Numbered from the stretch's first letter, positions 1-13,789 are shown. The stretch is DNA of 64,000 nt from Octopus sinensis (GCF_006345805.1 NC_043003.1:9486001-9550000), one strand, 5' to 3'. Notes: generated from the letters alone by a model not told the origin. Numbers and translations are program-made.

Positions 1-395
1 CAACCACATGGTTCCGGGTTCGGTCCCACTGCGTGGAACCTTGAGCAAGTGTTTTCTACTATAGCCTCGGGCCGACTAAAGCCTTTTGATTGGATTTGGT
101 AGACGGAAACTGAAAGAAACCCGTCGAATATATATTATATATATATATATATAATATATATATATATATACATACATACATTTGTATGTATGTATGTATA
201 TGTTTGAGTGTCTGTGTTTGTCCCCGCTTTCATCGTTTGGCAACCAATGTTGGTGTGTTTACGTCCCTGTAACATAGCGGTTCGGCAAAAGAGACCGATA
301 CAATAAGTACTAGGCTTACAAAGAATAAGTCCTTTGGTCGATTTGTTCGACTAAAGGCGGTGCTTCAGCACTGAAACAAGTAAAAGAATAAAAGA
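1..395 (+). mobile_element. tRNA-derived SINE, family A (5' end cut by window edge), with internal TA/TG microsatellite
   Basis: GGTTCGGTCCC B-box-like head, body GCCTT..GATTTGGTAGACGGAAACTGAAAGAA, tail GGCGGTGCT..AAGTAAAAGAATA; matches copies at 15130, 22963 and 50087. Confidence 0.9.
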
Positions 396-1261
396 AAAAG
401 AATATTAATGAATAACTGCAGAGATGATTTATTTGTCTGTATTAACCTTTTGAACTCTAACCCAGACAATTATTGAAGGGAAACGCAGCAAGTTGTTTGG
501 TAGCACTGAGAACAAAAATAACTGCATTGTATTTATATTTATATTCAACATGCCTCGTTACGAATTAAAATCACGGTGCATGAAATATATTAGCAATGTA
601 CTGAGTTGAATCCATATCTTCTAACACCTATCTCCCGAAAACATCAGTCCGGTGCCTGCTCGAAAGAAAATAGCGCTGAAATGTAAAATCTGTCTTTGAG
701 AAATGAAATCTGAACACCTAGTTCAAGTTTGCCACAGATTGAATTACTTCAGTGCAGCATTCTGTCGAATATCATGACCTTGATAAATAAACATACTGTT
801 GACTATTTACTGTGGATACAAATGAAAAATATTCCAGTAAGGTTTATTGCAAAACTAAACATCTAATATTAATAAATTTGGTTTCTTTCGACACTTGGTT
901 GAAGATGCTGTTTTCTAAACAATGGATATGAAATATATAATCTACAATATTTCTTTTTTGACTCTGAAAAACTCAAAAACCACCTGCTGCAATAAAGATA
1001 TATCTCTTAAGCGAAGCCGAGTAAAATGTTGCAGCTTGTAGAATTTTTATGATACACAAAAGTGTTCCTTAGAGCCACTTGTTTTATGAATCGTAAAACG
1101 AATTAGGACTACCAAACAAGCATAAAGAACATACGGAATGGGGTTAAGTCTACTACATCGACTCCAGTACTTCACTGGTATTATTACTTTTACCTTAGCG
1201 AAGGCGGAGGTATTGTTTACAGTCGTGTTTATTTGTTTGTTAGTTAGTACGTGGACAATAT

Positions 1262-2460
1262 ATCTCAAGAACTGCTGGATGGATTCGGATGAAACGTCCA
1301 GAGATATTTAGCCTTGTGTCTGGCACAAACTGATTAGATTTTGTGATCGATCCCGTACATGGATTCTGTATTATTTTCCGTTTTTTTTTACTTAATTTTT
1401 GAGAGCGGTTGGGTTCATTTTATAGTATTTTCGTTTGTGGGAGTAATCGAGTTTATTTCAGATATTCTCAGTTTAAAAATCATCTCTGGCACCGTCGAGA
1501 GTACGTTGGTGTTGTCGTTAGTGTTGTATATGAGTCAGTTGAGTTTGATGCGTGTACGTTCCATGTGACTACTGTTATTGTTAAACTGTTATATTACTAA
1601 ATTGCTGGATTTAATGTTGCCTGGAATTGTTTGATTTTTGTTATCTGAATTTTTGTTTTTCTTCTCCATTTATGAGTGAAGTTGTAAATAATATTGTTAT
1701 GGAGGGTAAACCAGTACAAGCGGACAGTTACGCTGCGTTGACTGGTAAAGGTCTAACAGCAGATAAACCTGCAAGTTAGAGAAATTATATTGGAAGAAAC
1801 AGACTTCAGGAAGTATAACGAACTATTGAGAAAGGAGGGAGACAGCCTGAGGTTGACGCCTCCTAAGGAAGTCGTAGAAAAAAACCCCAGAGAAGAACCA
1901 TATTATATAGAACGCTGAATATTGAAGCGGAAAAAGTGTAAATCGCAGCAGTGGAGGCGATTGAGGAGTGTTTGAGAAAGGTTAAGGTTTCAACGACGTA
2001 CTACACCAGAGGAAAAAAGTACAGAACAGTGGATAGGAAGAGAAGGGGAAATGAAAGAGAGATGATAGCAACACAGAATGAGAGGCAGACAGAGATAGAA
2101 ATGCCAGCGACAGAGGAGGGGATTTGTGAGGAGAGAAGGAGAGTGACACCAAAAAGGAAAAACCAGAGACCAATGGTGCAATACACAAAAAGTGTAGAGA
2201 TAGAGAAAAAGATTGCGAAGATGAAAAACGTTATAAGAGAGAAATTAGCGGCCAAAGAGAATGGTGAAGGCTGGAAAGCTGTTTTGCTGGAAAAAGAAAG
2301 ATGAGATAGATTGAAGGGGCTGTTTGGGGAAAGGATAGAGATGACAAGGATAGAGATTTGTTACGATGAATTGCTGCCGGTGGTGGCCTTCGAAGATTTA
2401 ATGGAGTATATTTTATAAATTGTGGCTTTGTGTGAATCTAATAAAAAAAAGAAGAAAACT
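1262..2460. mobile_element. Degenerate retroelement-derived segment (possible PLE terminus plus ORF1-like charged ORF 1951-2304)
   Basis: Decayed hammerhead-like CTGCTGGATGGATTCGGATGAAACGTCCAG near 1272-1301; Glu/Lys/Arg-rich ORF; part of 2280-2340 is repeated at 3733-3790. Confidence 0.3.
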
Positions 2461-2734
2461 AGCAGATACAAGAGTGATATTGAACTGTTTATAAATCTTC
2501 ATTTAAAAACAGTAAAATGGAACTGCCTGCTTATGGCATTCCATCCTCATTTTTCATTATATACATAATTCATTCGATATGTATTTTTATGTACCCCATT
2601 TGTATTTTTTTTTCTGTTTTTGTGTTGTCCCTTCTTTATAGAGGCCTTGTGCCTAATAAAAGAAACCAGGACGTTGACGTTGTCTTGGCGGAGGTTTGCG
2701 CTCTCTGAGTGCTTTTGTTTTTATTTAAATAGAA

Positions 2735-2812
2735 CTAACAGCGTAAGGACGACCGAAACGCAGCTAAGCATGTTGCCCGGCCTGCCAACGATTCTGCCAG
2801 CTCACCGTCTTA
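2735..2812 (-). mobile_element. SINE family B, head fragment
   Basis: Reverse complement of the GGCGAGCTGGCAGAATCGTT head. Confidence 0.7.
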
Positions 2813-4267
2813 TCCCTCTTCGTAATAATTCCCAGGATTTTAGGTCATATTCTTATATTTTAATATATAGATTTCTGTTGTTTGTAGATAACTTTGGTAG
2901 CATACTCCAGCCTGTCGTTGCATCCTTAGTAATTTTCCAGGTTTCACCAATGTCGGATATGTTTCAATACTGGCAAGTGTTTTAATGCAATGCAGTTGCA
3001 TATGCATTTAAGGTGGCCTCAGATATATAACATAGTCTAATATGCATTCGTGCAACGTCTTTTTCAGAATAGTGTTTGTTACTCTACAAATCTAATGCGT
3101 GAACCATACTTGAATGTCTCTCACATATCAAGGACTATTTCATTTCCTAAATCACATAGAACCACACACACACACACGCATACACACACAAACACATACA
3201 CACACACATATTGCCAATTGATGCATTAAAAAAACCCAAATCTACTTACTGATTGGCAACAATTCACTCATTTACACTTTACAACGAATATCCGACAAAT
3301 ACATGACTCACTCTATATTTTCTTTTCACTTCTATACCCTTAACTATTATTGCAAGTGTTTCTGCTTCAATAAGCTACCATTTTGCATACCAGTTTTACT
3401 TCACCCATCCAATCGATTAACCTACCTATTGTTCTCTCTTCACTCTTCTGTCGTAATTTGTGAATCCTACTGTAAATACGTTACATAAAATTTTTCCCTC
3501 GATGTCAGTTCTATAAAAATCCTCTCATTATCCTCTTCTTTCACTCAATGCTGAAGTGCATAACACACCTGTTTCTCCTGTATGGTAGTGTTCCAAATGC
3601 TATGGGTACTTATTTGTATTCGAATCTGACCGAGTAAATCTTTAAAAAAAATCATACCATCCAAATAACTTTGAATGATATTCAATACCGGCTACCGACA
3701 TAAATTTTATTGCTTTTAAGTATATTAATATTTTTGCTGGAAAAAGAAAGAGGAGATAGATTGAAGGTGTTTGTTTGGGGAAAGGATACAGGCGTGTAAT
3801 CAAGTAATGGTAGGTGTTAGTAGAATATAAAAACAGATCAAAACTCTGAAAATGTCGAAGTAGTTCAATGAAAATATATGGTATACATGTAAGATATGTA
3901 AATATATCTGGATAAGATGGGTCGCAATGTTTTCAGCTCCGCTTTATAGCTTGAGCAATTTAATGTATGGATACTTTTCAAAGTAACTTCGTATCATTTT
4001 GAAATGATCTAGCATTAGTAAAAATAACGAATAGTAAAATGACTGCTATGAATCAGATGCGATGGCAGCTTTCAAACTTTTGCGCCTCAATTCTTGTCTC
4101 AATTAGAGCTTCCTTTTCTAGAAAACTGCATTTGTGAAATTCCTTCCTTTAAAAGCACTAACATCGAACATCCTGGAATGTTCGATGGAACTAGCAAGGA
4201 TCACCGCTTGCTTTATTATGTAACTCTAGATACCGATTTCAAATTTTTGCACAATGCCAGCCAGTTC

Positions 4268-4430
4268 GGGGGAGGGGTGCTAGTCGATTACCTCAGTGCT
4301 CAGCTGGTACTTATTTTATCCCTACCGAAAGGATGAAAGGTAATGACAACCTCGGCGGAATTTGAACTCAGAACGTAAAGACGGACGAAATGCCCCTAAT
4401 AATGTTGTCCGTCGTGCCAACGATTCTGGA
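4268..4430 (-). mobile_element. SINE family B, partial
   Basis: CTGGTACTTATTTTATC..GAAAGGATGAA..CTCGGCGGAATTTGAACTCAGAACG is the reverse complement of the family core. Confidence 0.8.
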
Positions 4431-4499
4431 GATATTATGAACGATGTTACTTTTGTAGTTGTCACTGTTGATGTCACTATTACTATAGTCGGGAGGTTG

Positions 4500-4734
4500 T
4501 GAAGGCGGCGAGCTGGCAGAAACGTTAGCACGCCGGGCGAAATGCGTAGCCGTATTTCGTCTGCCGTTACGTTGTGAGTTCAAATTCCGCCGAGGTCGAC
4601 TTTGCCTTTCATCCTATCAGGGTCGATAAATTAAGTACCAGTTACGCACTGGAGTCGATGTAATCGACTTAATCCGTTTGTCTGTCCTTGTTTGTCCCCT
4701 CTATGTTTATCCCCTCGTGGGCAATAAAGAAACA
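4500..4734 (+). mobile_element. SINE family B, full-length, with 16-bp TSD
   Basis: AAGGCGGCGAGCTGGCAG head, GAGTTCAAATTCC B-box, core GTCGACTTTGCCTTTCATCC..GGTCGATAAATTAAGTACCAG; TSD TATAGTCGGGAGGTTG at 4484-4499 and 4735-4750. Confidence 0.92.
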
Positions 4735-5260
4735 TATAGTCGGGAGGTTGCCTCCCCTGCTAATAGCATTACTGCTGCTGCTCTTATTATTAATGTTTCT
4801 GCTTTGAAGCTGCTAATGTTTATGATTTTACTATTAATCATGGTGTTGTTATAACGTGATTACTATTATCTTTGTTTCCTCAAACTGTTACTTTCTTCAT
4901 CCTACGTTTCTTCTCACTATTGCCATGATGTTACTTTTACTGCTGCTGCTGCTGATATCCTTGTTACGTTTACTATTTGCAGTGGATTGGAACTAGATTT
5001 TGTTGTCATTTTGCCATTCCCAGTTCACACACTAGCATACTCTGATGTAATTATGCAGTTTTGTTTTGTAGTGCTTGAAAGTCAACTATTACAAAGAAAA
5101 TGTCTTCTTCCAACTGGAAAAGAATTAGAGTAGAAATTTTTTTCTTCTTAACTACATCGCCATTTCAATTCAAAAATTAAAAAAGGCTGTCACGAACATA
5201 TAATTCAAACATTTCATACAACAAACAAAAACAAAAAATAAACTAACAGCAAACAAGATA

Positions 5261-5429
5261 AGCGCAGGAGTCGCTTTTTGGTAAGTAGCTTGCTTACCAA
5301 CTACAAGGTACCGGGTTCGGTCTCACAGCGTGGCACTTTAGGCAAATATCTCCCACTATAGCCTCGGGCCAAGCAAGCCTTGTGAGTGGATTTGATAGAC
5401 GGAAACAGAAAGAAACCTGTCGTATATAT

Positions 5430-5480
<51 letters not shown>

Positions 5481-5537
5481 ATATATATATATATTTGTGT
5501 TCTTGTATTTGTTCCCCCACCATCGCTTGACAACCGA
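5261..5537 (+). mobile_element. SINE family A, 3'-truncated
   Basis: GCGCAGGAGT head and family A body with (TA)n insert. Confidence 0.85.
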
Positions 5538-5734
5538 ATAAAAGAAGAAACATGCGTACATATTTTTTCACTTGTATTTCGCTGCCAAACAGCCAAGAAA
5601 TGTAATAATCATTTGTATAGTCACGTAGTTAAAAAAAAAACTTTGTATTTAAATTAGTACTTAAAAGAGACTTATTTTAGCAATGCCGAAATAAGGAAAA
5701 GTAGTTTTGATCGAAGCAATGATTCAATAGCCAT

Positions 5735-5950
5735 AGAGGCGCCGAGCTGGTAGAATCGTTAGCAGGCCGGGCAAAAAGCATAGTGCTATTTCGCTCATCT
5801 TGACGTTATGAGTTCAAATTCTGCCGAGGTTGACTTTGCCTTTCCTCCTTTCGAAGTCAATAAAATAAGTATCAGTTGAGCGCTGTGGTCACTGAAAGCG
5901 ACGTAACCTCTTTCCCGAAACTACTGGTCTTGATGTCAAAATTTGAAATC
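5735..5950 (+). mobile_element. SINE family B
   Basis: GAGCTGGTAGAATCGTTAGC head plus core domain. Confidence 0.82.
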
Positions 5951-6384
5951 AGTATACTAATATATATATACAAGTCCACACAACGTGGTGACGACCTTAT
6001 ATTAGACCATCGACAGCAGTACACAATTGTTATTATATCTGTGGGAAAGAATTTTACCTCGGAATGCAAAAAAAAATATAACGCAATACTGCAAAGCATT
6101 TTGACTGTCACTCTAAAGTATCTATCACTCTGCACCTTGTAATAAAGTTAACCGTAATTATGATGTTTTCCCGGATAGTTTAGATTTATCATTGGCAGCA
6201 GAGAAATAATATGAACCCATTTGTTTATTGATCGATTTTCTTGTGTTCTTAAAAAGGTCATTGTATGTGCAGTGCTAGTCTCACCTTCAAAGGAGTCACG
6301 CACAGGCTGGTTTTTGCCTGGATAAACTCAATTACTTTCAGTGAGATGATAGTGTTTAAAATATATGAATTCTAGATTTAATAT

Positions 6385-6775
6385 TCTTTTCTACTCTAGG
6401 TACAGGGCCCGGGGGAGGGGGCCAGTCGATTAGATCGATCACAGTACGCAACAGGTTCTTAATTTATCGGACCCGAAAGGATGAATGGCAAAGTCGACCT
6501 TGGTTCAATTTGAACCAAGAACGTAAAGTCAGGCGAAATACTCATTTCTTTACCAACCACAAGGGGCTAAACACAGAGAGGAAAAACAAGGACATACAAA
6601 CGGATTAAGTCGATTTCATCGACCCCAGTGCGTAACTGGTACTTATTTAATCGACTCCGAATGGATGAAAGGCAAAGTCGACCTCGGCGGAATTTGAACT
6701 CAGAACGTAACGGCAGACGAAATACTGCTAAGCATTTCGCCCGGCGTGCTAACGTTTCTGCCAGCTCGCCGCCTT
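6385..6775 (-). mobile_element. Two adjacent SINE family B copies (about 6385-6540 partial, about 6545-6775 full)
   Basis: Two reverse-complement core domains; head ends CCAGCTCGCCGCCTT at 6775. Confidence 0.88.
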
Positions 6776-7039
6776 ATTTTACATTTAATATTGATAGGAG
6801 AGGAATAATACGTCACACAGCCTGAAGAGTTTGACAGCTGAGGAATTTCAATGCAAAAAGAATCAGGCCATTTTACAGCATATTCGTAGGCTCTGTATCA
6901 TTACTGCTGGCTCTTACTCTGAATTAATTCATTTAACAAGATATATTTTTATTAACACAATTTTTAGCCGCTTGACTGCATGAATAGTATTAATTAAATC
7001 AACTGTTATAGCCTCTCTCTTTTTTCCCCTGTCTCTCGT

Positions 7040-7235
<196 letters not shown>

Positions 7236-7864
7236 ACATCTCTGAACTTCTATGTACTTCTACACTTCTGGCAATGGATGTTTTTTTATCTGGATGTAAG
7301 ATACAGAAAAACAAAGCGTCCTTATCAAATGAAATATAATTGTACACGTAAAATTTTCTATATAGATAATACATATATACATATTTAGATTTATTTGCAT
7401 TTGAGAGTAGTGCGTATACGAAGCATGTATCATTTACTGAACTGAAGGAAGATACAGATGATGTGAAGTGTCAGGCCTCTGAAAAAGTTTATAATGTGCG
7501 TACACAATAGTGTTTAATTCATTGATTAGGGACTTTAGAAAATTTAACTTCACATTTAAAATTTTGCTTTGAATATGTAATCGAACACGGATTACTCTCC
7601 TCCTAATTCTAACTGATGGAAAATAGCTTTTTACATATAATTTTACCAATTTTCTTACGTTCAAATCTGTGGTGCTATTTACAGCTAAAATTTATTTTAT
7701 ATATTCTTTTTTATTATAACTTAATAATCATTTCTTATATATTTGACATTCTTTTATTCTTTTACTTGTTTTTCCAGTCATTTGGCTGCGGCCATGCCAG
7801 AGCACCGCCTTAACTGGTTGAGCTTAAACAACCAGCCGTTATTATTAATATATTTATATTTATG

Positions 7865-8075
7865 AAAGCGGTGAACTGGTAGAATCGTTAGTAAACCGGG
7901 TAAAATGTTTAGCAGCATTTCGTCCGTCTTTCTGAGTTCAAATAGCGCCGAGGCCGATCATGCCGCCCCTCTTTTCGGTGTGGTTAAAATAAACCTAGAT
8001 TGAGCCCTGGGGTCAATGAAATCGACATACCCCTTCCTCCGAACTTGCTGGCCTCATGCCAAATTTGAAAACAAT
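7865..8075 (+). mobile_element. SINE family B, diverged
   Basis: GCGGTGAACTGGTAGAATCGTTAG head and GAGTTCAAAT B-box. Confidence 0.75.
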
Positions 8076-8465
8076 ATAGTTATATTCAATAGTGAGTGTG
8101 AATGGCTGGCACAGTAGAACCAGCTTAAATATTCTGTTACACTGAATCGTGTTCTTTTAGAGGCTGCGTGTTTAAATCTTACCGAAGTTAACTGCTCACT
8201 TTCATCGTTCTAGAATCAATGAAACTTGTAGCCCTGAAGTATTGGGAGTAAACCGATTAGACTACTCCTTCCCACAAAATATGTAATAATCTTGCGCGTA
8301 ATCGAGAAAGAAATGTTGAATATATCAAGCAATGTACTTGAAGGCATTCGCGTGGTTCAGTTGTAAAAGTGAGAAATGCATTCGTGTCTGGTACTTTGTT
8401 AACCGGAATTCAAAAGAAGTAGATAGCTTCAAATATGGAAGACGAATTAGAAATCACTGTGAACT

Positions 8466-8527
<62 letters not shown>

Positions 8528-9564
8528 GGATAGATATAGAGATAGATACAGAGAGAGAAAGAGGGGGAGAATACTATTTCAATTTTCAAAACAGTGGCCC
8601 ATTGAAAAAGGGCAATAAACGCTACATTCTTTCGAACATATAGAAAAACTAAGATTTTTAAGATTTCATTATTCATTATGAACAGAGGACTGACTTGGAG
8701 TTTTATACATACATAATTACATATATACATACACACATACGTACAAACATTTTTTCATACATACATACATACATGCATACATACATACATACATACATAA
8801 ATACATACATATGTATCTGTGTATGAATGTATTGTGCATGATTGCATGTATGCCTGACTGTCTGTCTGTCTGTATGTATGTATAAATGTATGTATGTATA
8901 TAATTTGACTTGTTCGACTTTCAATTTTTTATAGTATAATAAATTTATATTGTTAAATAATTTGCCGCTAGCAGTCTTTGAGTTTGCTTCCCATTAACCA
9001 AAAATAATTTCAATAAATCTGAATTTTATTACATAATGAATCATGATATATCATTATGATGTCTAGAAGTGTTTTGCATTTTTTCCCCTGTATTTCGTAT
9101 ATCCGCTCTGAAGTATTTAGATAATTGCTATGAAATAATCTCTCTTATACCATAAAATGTATTCCAAGACAATCTTAACAAGAGGAGCTTTGTTTTATAG
9201 ACGTATTGTCATAGCTCGAGTAATTATCTTAGTAGGATTGTCTTTGAATATACGTTTATGATATATGAGAGATTATTGTATGGTAATTATCTAAATCTCT
9301 AAGAAAATTTAATGATATCAGAAATATAGAGAATAGGTAAAACTGTTCTAGACAACATAGTGATTCATCATAATTTACGGTGTAACTCTGTAACATAATT
9401 CGAATATATACCATTTAAAGTGTGTATGTGAGATTCTTGTGGATGATACTACAATGTGAATTGAGGAATGTAACGCTTGAGGAGGATAATAACCAATACT
9501 TTTAAACTTTAATAACCTGATGTGAATGCAAGAAGCTCTTGTATGGATCTTAGTGCGTTACTAC

Positions 9565-9805
9565 CAGCGGCGAGCTGGTAGAAATGTTTGCACTCCGGAC
9601 AAATGCTTAGCAACATTTCATCTGTCTTTTTGTTTTAAGTTGAAATGTTGCTGCGGTCGACTTACATTGCCTTTCATCCCTTTGGAGACGAGATCGACCT
9701 CATATGCCTTTAACTATTTCGGAATCGATGAAATAAGTACTTCGTTCGATGAAATCGACTAGCCTCCCCCAAGAAAATTTCGGGCCTTGTGCTTATTGTA
9801 GTAGA
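9565..9805 (+). mobile_element. SINE family B, diverged
   Basis: GCGGCGAGCTGGTAGAAATGTT head and core GTCGACTTACATTGCCTTTCATCC. Confidence 0.75.
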
Positions 9806-9814
9806 AATTATTAT

Positions 9815-11035
9815 AATTATAAGTATTGTTGTTATTCTGAAAGACTCTCGATAATTCTTAATTACCGATTATTCTTTACTTGAAAGCAGTCAATAACAAA
9901 TCACCAAACGTTTCAAGTAGTGCCTTCTCCTGTGACTCAAAGAGACAATACTCTCTTTAGAATGCGAGCTGTACCTACAACGCTGTTTTCTGGATCACCT
10001 CAAGCCTGATAGCAGCTCCAATATTCTTGATATGGTTTTCAAAAAAGCTCTTGGAAACTGCTCCTAATGCTCCAGTTACCACCGGTATCATCATTATTTT
10101 CCTCATGCCCCATAACTTTCCTATCTCGTCCCATAGTGGCTAGTATTTCTCAATCTTTTCTGTTTGCTTACCTTTCACCTTCGAATCGCCTGGTATTGCA
10201 ACATCTAATATCTTTGCTTCTTTTTCATCTTTATGGATGATCACAATATCTGGCCGTCTCGCCTATGTGACTTGGTTGCACTGCATGTTAAAATCCCAGA
10301 TTATTTTGTAATGTTCGTTTTCCGTTACTCCCTCTGGCTTGTATTCATACCATTGTTCGGCTCTCTCGAGGTTTACTTTACCGCAGAACAGCCAGTGGAC
10401 ATATCTGGCTATATTGTGTCTCCTTTTGTATTCGCGTTGTGCAAGCTTACATCACTCACTAACAATATGGCTTATACTTTCTCCTTTCTCATAGTACATC
10501 CTACACTGTGGCGAATCAGCGTTTTAAGCAATGTGATATTTGGAGTAGTTTCTTCTGAGAGCTTGTTCTTGAGCGCTGCACATTAATGCCTCAGTGGGCC
10601 ATTTTAAGTCTCCTTTCTGCAGCCATTGCCAGGTTCTATTTCAATCAATCTCATCTTTATTCTTCAAGAACTGAGTATGCATTATCTTGTCCTCCCAAAT
10701 TTTCTTCATCTGCTCTCTCTGATATTTCTTAAAGTGTGTTGGATCTACTTCTTTGTTCACTTTTAAGGTTCCCTGCATTTTCACTGCTTCAATCCTTTCT
10801 TGTTTACTCCCCTTGACATACCAAACCAGACTATTTTCCTCTTTCCTTACACAACTTTCACAATCCCCGTCCTCCTTTCCTCTTTACATACACGCTTGAC
10901 AAATCACTCTTGGGGTGTAGTTCCTTGTTAATTGTCATTAATTTACGTGTTCTTTGGTCTATTGTAATTCATGCTTCTTCAAAGATACTATTCCTGCCTC
11001 ATATCTCATCAAAGTAACTGCCCACGTGTTAATTG
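9815..11035 (-). mobile_element. R4/Dong-type non-LTR retrotransposon 3' fragment (RT C-terminus, CCHC knuckle, restriction-like endonuclease), decayed
   Basis: Minus-strand translations IDQRTRKLMTINKELHPKSDLSSVYVKRKGGRGL, DSPQCRMYYEKGESISHIVSE*CKLAQREYKRRH and WDEIGKLWGMRKIMMIPVVTGALGA; stops and frameshifts; AAT/AAC-rich tail. Confidence 0.8.
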
Positions 11036-11049
11036 CTCTAAACTTTTAG

Positions 11050-11500
11050 CGGCCATTTAGGTTCGATTGGATTTGGATAAGTTGAATCCAAGTCTCATTC
11101 AGAGACAACAAGTAGGAAGTTTATATTGGTGTTATGTCTAGGGTGTCATATATTTAGTTTTGCACATAGTATTGCTCTCGAGAATGTTTAAGAAAACATC
11201 AGAAAGTTATTAGTTCGTTTTGAGATTACATAGACAGAGGATATGGGCAGTTCCGATGAGCACTATCTTTTGAATTTCTACCATTTTGGGGTTTCCTGGT
11301 ATCGAGCTAGGTAGGAATCAGCCCCTTTTGCTATCATTCCTAGGGCACCTATGACAACAGGTATTATTTTAGTCTTGAGGTCCCACATTTTGCCAATTTC
11401 AATTTCAAGATCTTTATACTTTCTCAGCTTTTTGGTATTTAATCAGATAGCTGAACATCATAGCTTTTGATTTTCCATTATGGATATTGGGTGTAATCGC
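11050..11500 (-). mobile_element. Second R4/Dong-type 3' fragment (RLE C-terminus + 3' UTR)
   Basis: Minus-strand KYKDLEIEIGKMWDLKTKIIPVVIGALGMIAKG and EIQKIVLIGTAHIL. Confidence 0.8.
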
Positions 11501-12416
11501 GTTTATTAACTGCAAAATTACAAATGCACCCAAAGAAAATATTTTCCTCAAACTGTAATATATTATGGTTTTCTCTATGCCTGAGCATAACCTTAGTTTT
11601 ATTCAACTTTAGAAAGATTTTCAAATATAAATTAATCTCATACATCTTTGATAGATAAAGTCAGACCTTTATTTGAATAGTTGGAGTATGAGCATGCGGC
11701 ATCAAACTTAACAAGTGCACATTGCGCTTTAGGTGACAGTGCAATCGGCAGTTCTGATTATGACGGGTGATAAACCTTAAATAACCTAATAACATGAAAG
11801 TCAGGTTGTTGATTTAGCAGTGCTATGTCGCGCTATATTTTTATAACTATATTGTGATATCTACACCAGTTGTTTTCAAATCCCTTGTCGTTAAAGAGGA
11901 CAGTTCTGCTATCAGATATCTAAGCTGTATTTAGATGAAGCCAGTGGGCGAAGTTTAAAGAGAAGTATTGAAGAATAGTGTCATCAAGATTTTACATAAC
12001 AACAGTTAGATTTTGCAGCAAAATACGTATTAATGTGTAGAAGGAATTGCCTATTAATCAGAAACTTAGTGTCATGATTCTGTTTGAAGTGCTATAATAA
12101 TGATAATGATTAATAGCTCTAGTTCAAACCTTGCTCATATATGTCTTCTCCACTCATATTCTCTATTGAGGACGAAGCGTCATCCTTATTAATGGCCATA
12201 TTGAGATTGACAATCATACTTAAATATTTAACGACTATCATTTGATAATGAATATCATTTGACCTGACTTGACCATGTTTATAATATCACATAAATAGTT
12301 TCTGACACGATATATGACAAAAAAACCCACCCATTATACTGTTGTAAACTATTCGGGTAAGGTAGCTTTTTAACATTCAAAAGTAGATTAAGTTTACTAC
12401 CAGTTTATATTAATTA

Positions 12417-12813
12417 CTAGCAGTATCACCCGGCGTTGCTCGGGTTTGTAAGGGAAATAACTATATAAGCATTTTTAGAGATGTAAAGTATAATAGCCAT
12501 CTCAATATGGCAAACCACAAAGGGGGGTGTTACTGTAGCTTTTTACGTTCTGAGATTTAATAATACATTTTTAAAGAGTTACTTCCCTTATATAATAGCA
12601 AAAACATGCATTAAAAACGGGAAAAATTGATGGTAAATATTTTAAAAATCGTAGACTCATCGTAGACGCGCGCTAATACCCAGAAGGGCTCGATATGAAT
12701 CACGACTATAAGATACCCGGTTTTGGTTAAACTGCATCGCAAAATGTGGGAGTAGTTAGGAATCTAAATCGTAGGAGACAGACAGCACACAACCTCACTT
12801 TTATATATAAAGA
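12417..12813 (-). mobile_element. Non-autonomous Helitron, about 400 bp
   Basis: On minus strand: 5' TCTTTATATATAAAAG, subterminal hairpin CCCG-AGCAACGC-CGGG, 3' CTAG, inserted between A and T with no TSD; sister copy at 20498. Confidence 0.88.
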
Positions 12814-13789
12814 TTACGGTGTAATGTATATTCACGACGCGTATAATTGTATCCTAACAATATTTTGTAAATGTTTCTTTTTTTCACACTCCACATCTCA
12901 CTTGTGATTGGCAGACATTTTACTTTCAACCACCAAATATAATTAATTATTTTTATAATTCTAAAGAGTAATAATTTCTTCAAGTTGATGCAAAATATTT
13001 TATTTTATTGGTCATGTTCTCAAAAGTTATACTAGACCACATTTTGACATCGATTTCTATATGTCACGTATTTATAGCACCGATGCATTTGGGAAACACT
13101 CTTAAAACAAAACTAGTTTGATTTGTAAAAGAACGTGGTTATTTCTACTTAATTCTTTACCACAGTTGAGCTGTGAGTGTACATATTTTGCAATTTTCTA
13201 CCCTCTTCTCATTAATTCTTTTCCCAGGAATGTAGCAAGCTGATGATAATTTAATGATTAGAACAACTATTTTTCCTTTAAACAATAGACCCCAAAATAA
13301 TACTATTTATCGTTGTGGATCTCTGTTTAGAAACAAAAGTCACTTGATTCTTTTTCTCGGTTCTCTTGTACGTGGTTAACATACAAAACAGAATTTACTG
13401 TTATATGAACTATTGCATATGCGAAGAATAGGTTTACATTCTCCCCGGGAGGATTCAAGCTAGCATAAATATTATCGATAATCTTATCATTTGAAATAAT
13501 CTAAATCCAACAAATCTATAAATCCTTGCACAGTGATGTGAACAGCTAATCGAATATTGCGCTATACTACTTTTGTTTCATGAAATTATATTCCATCATT
13601 ACTTCCTACAACAAATCCCGTTGCAAAGATAGTTGTATTGTTTATTTGTATTGTATACTGAAATGTATTATGCTATTTCCAGCAGTTTCCTGAAATGCGA
13701 GAAGAAAAGATAATTCTGTTATCAATGTTGCGTCACTAAAGCGTGACCTTTCGATTCTATGTTATCTTTTGTTACAAATAGCGTCACAT

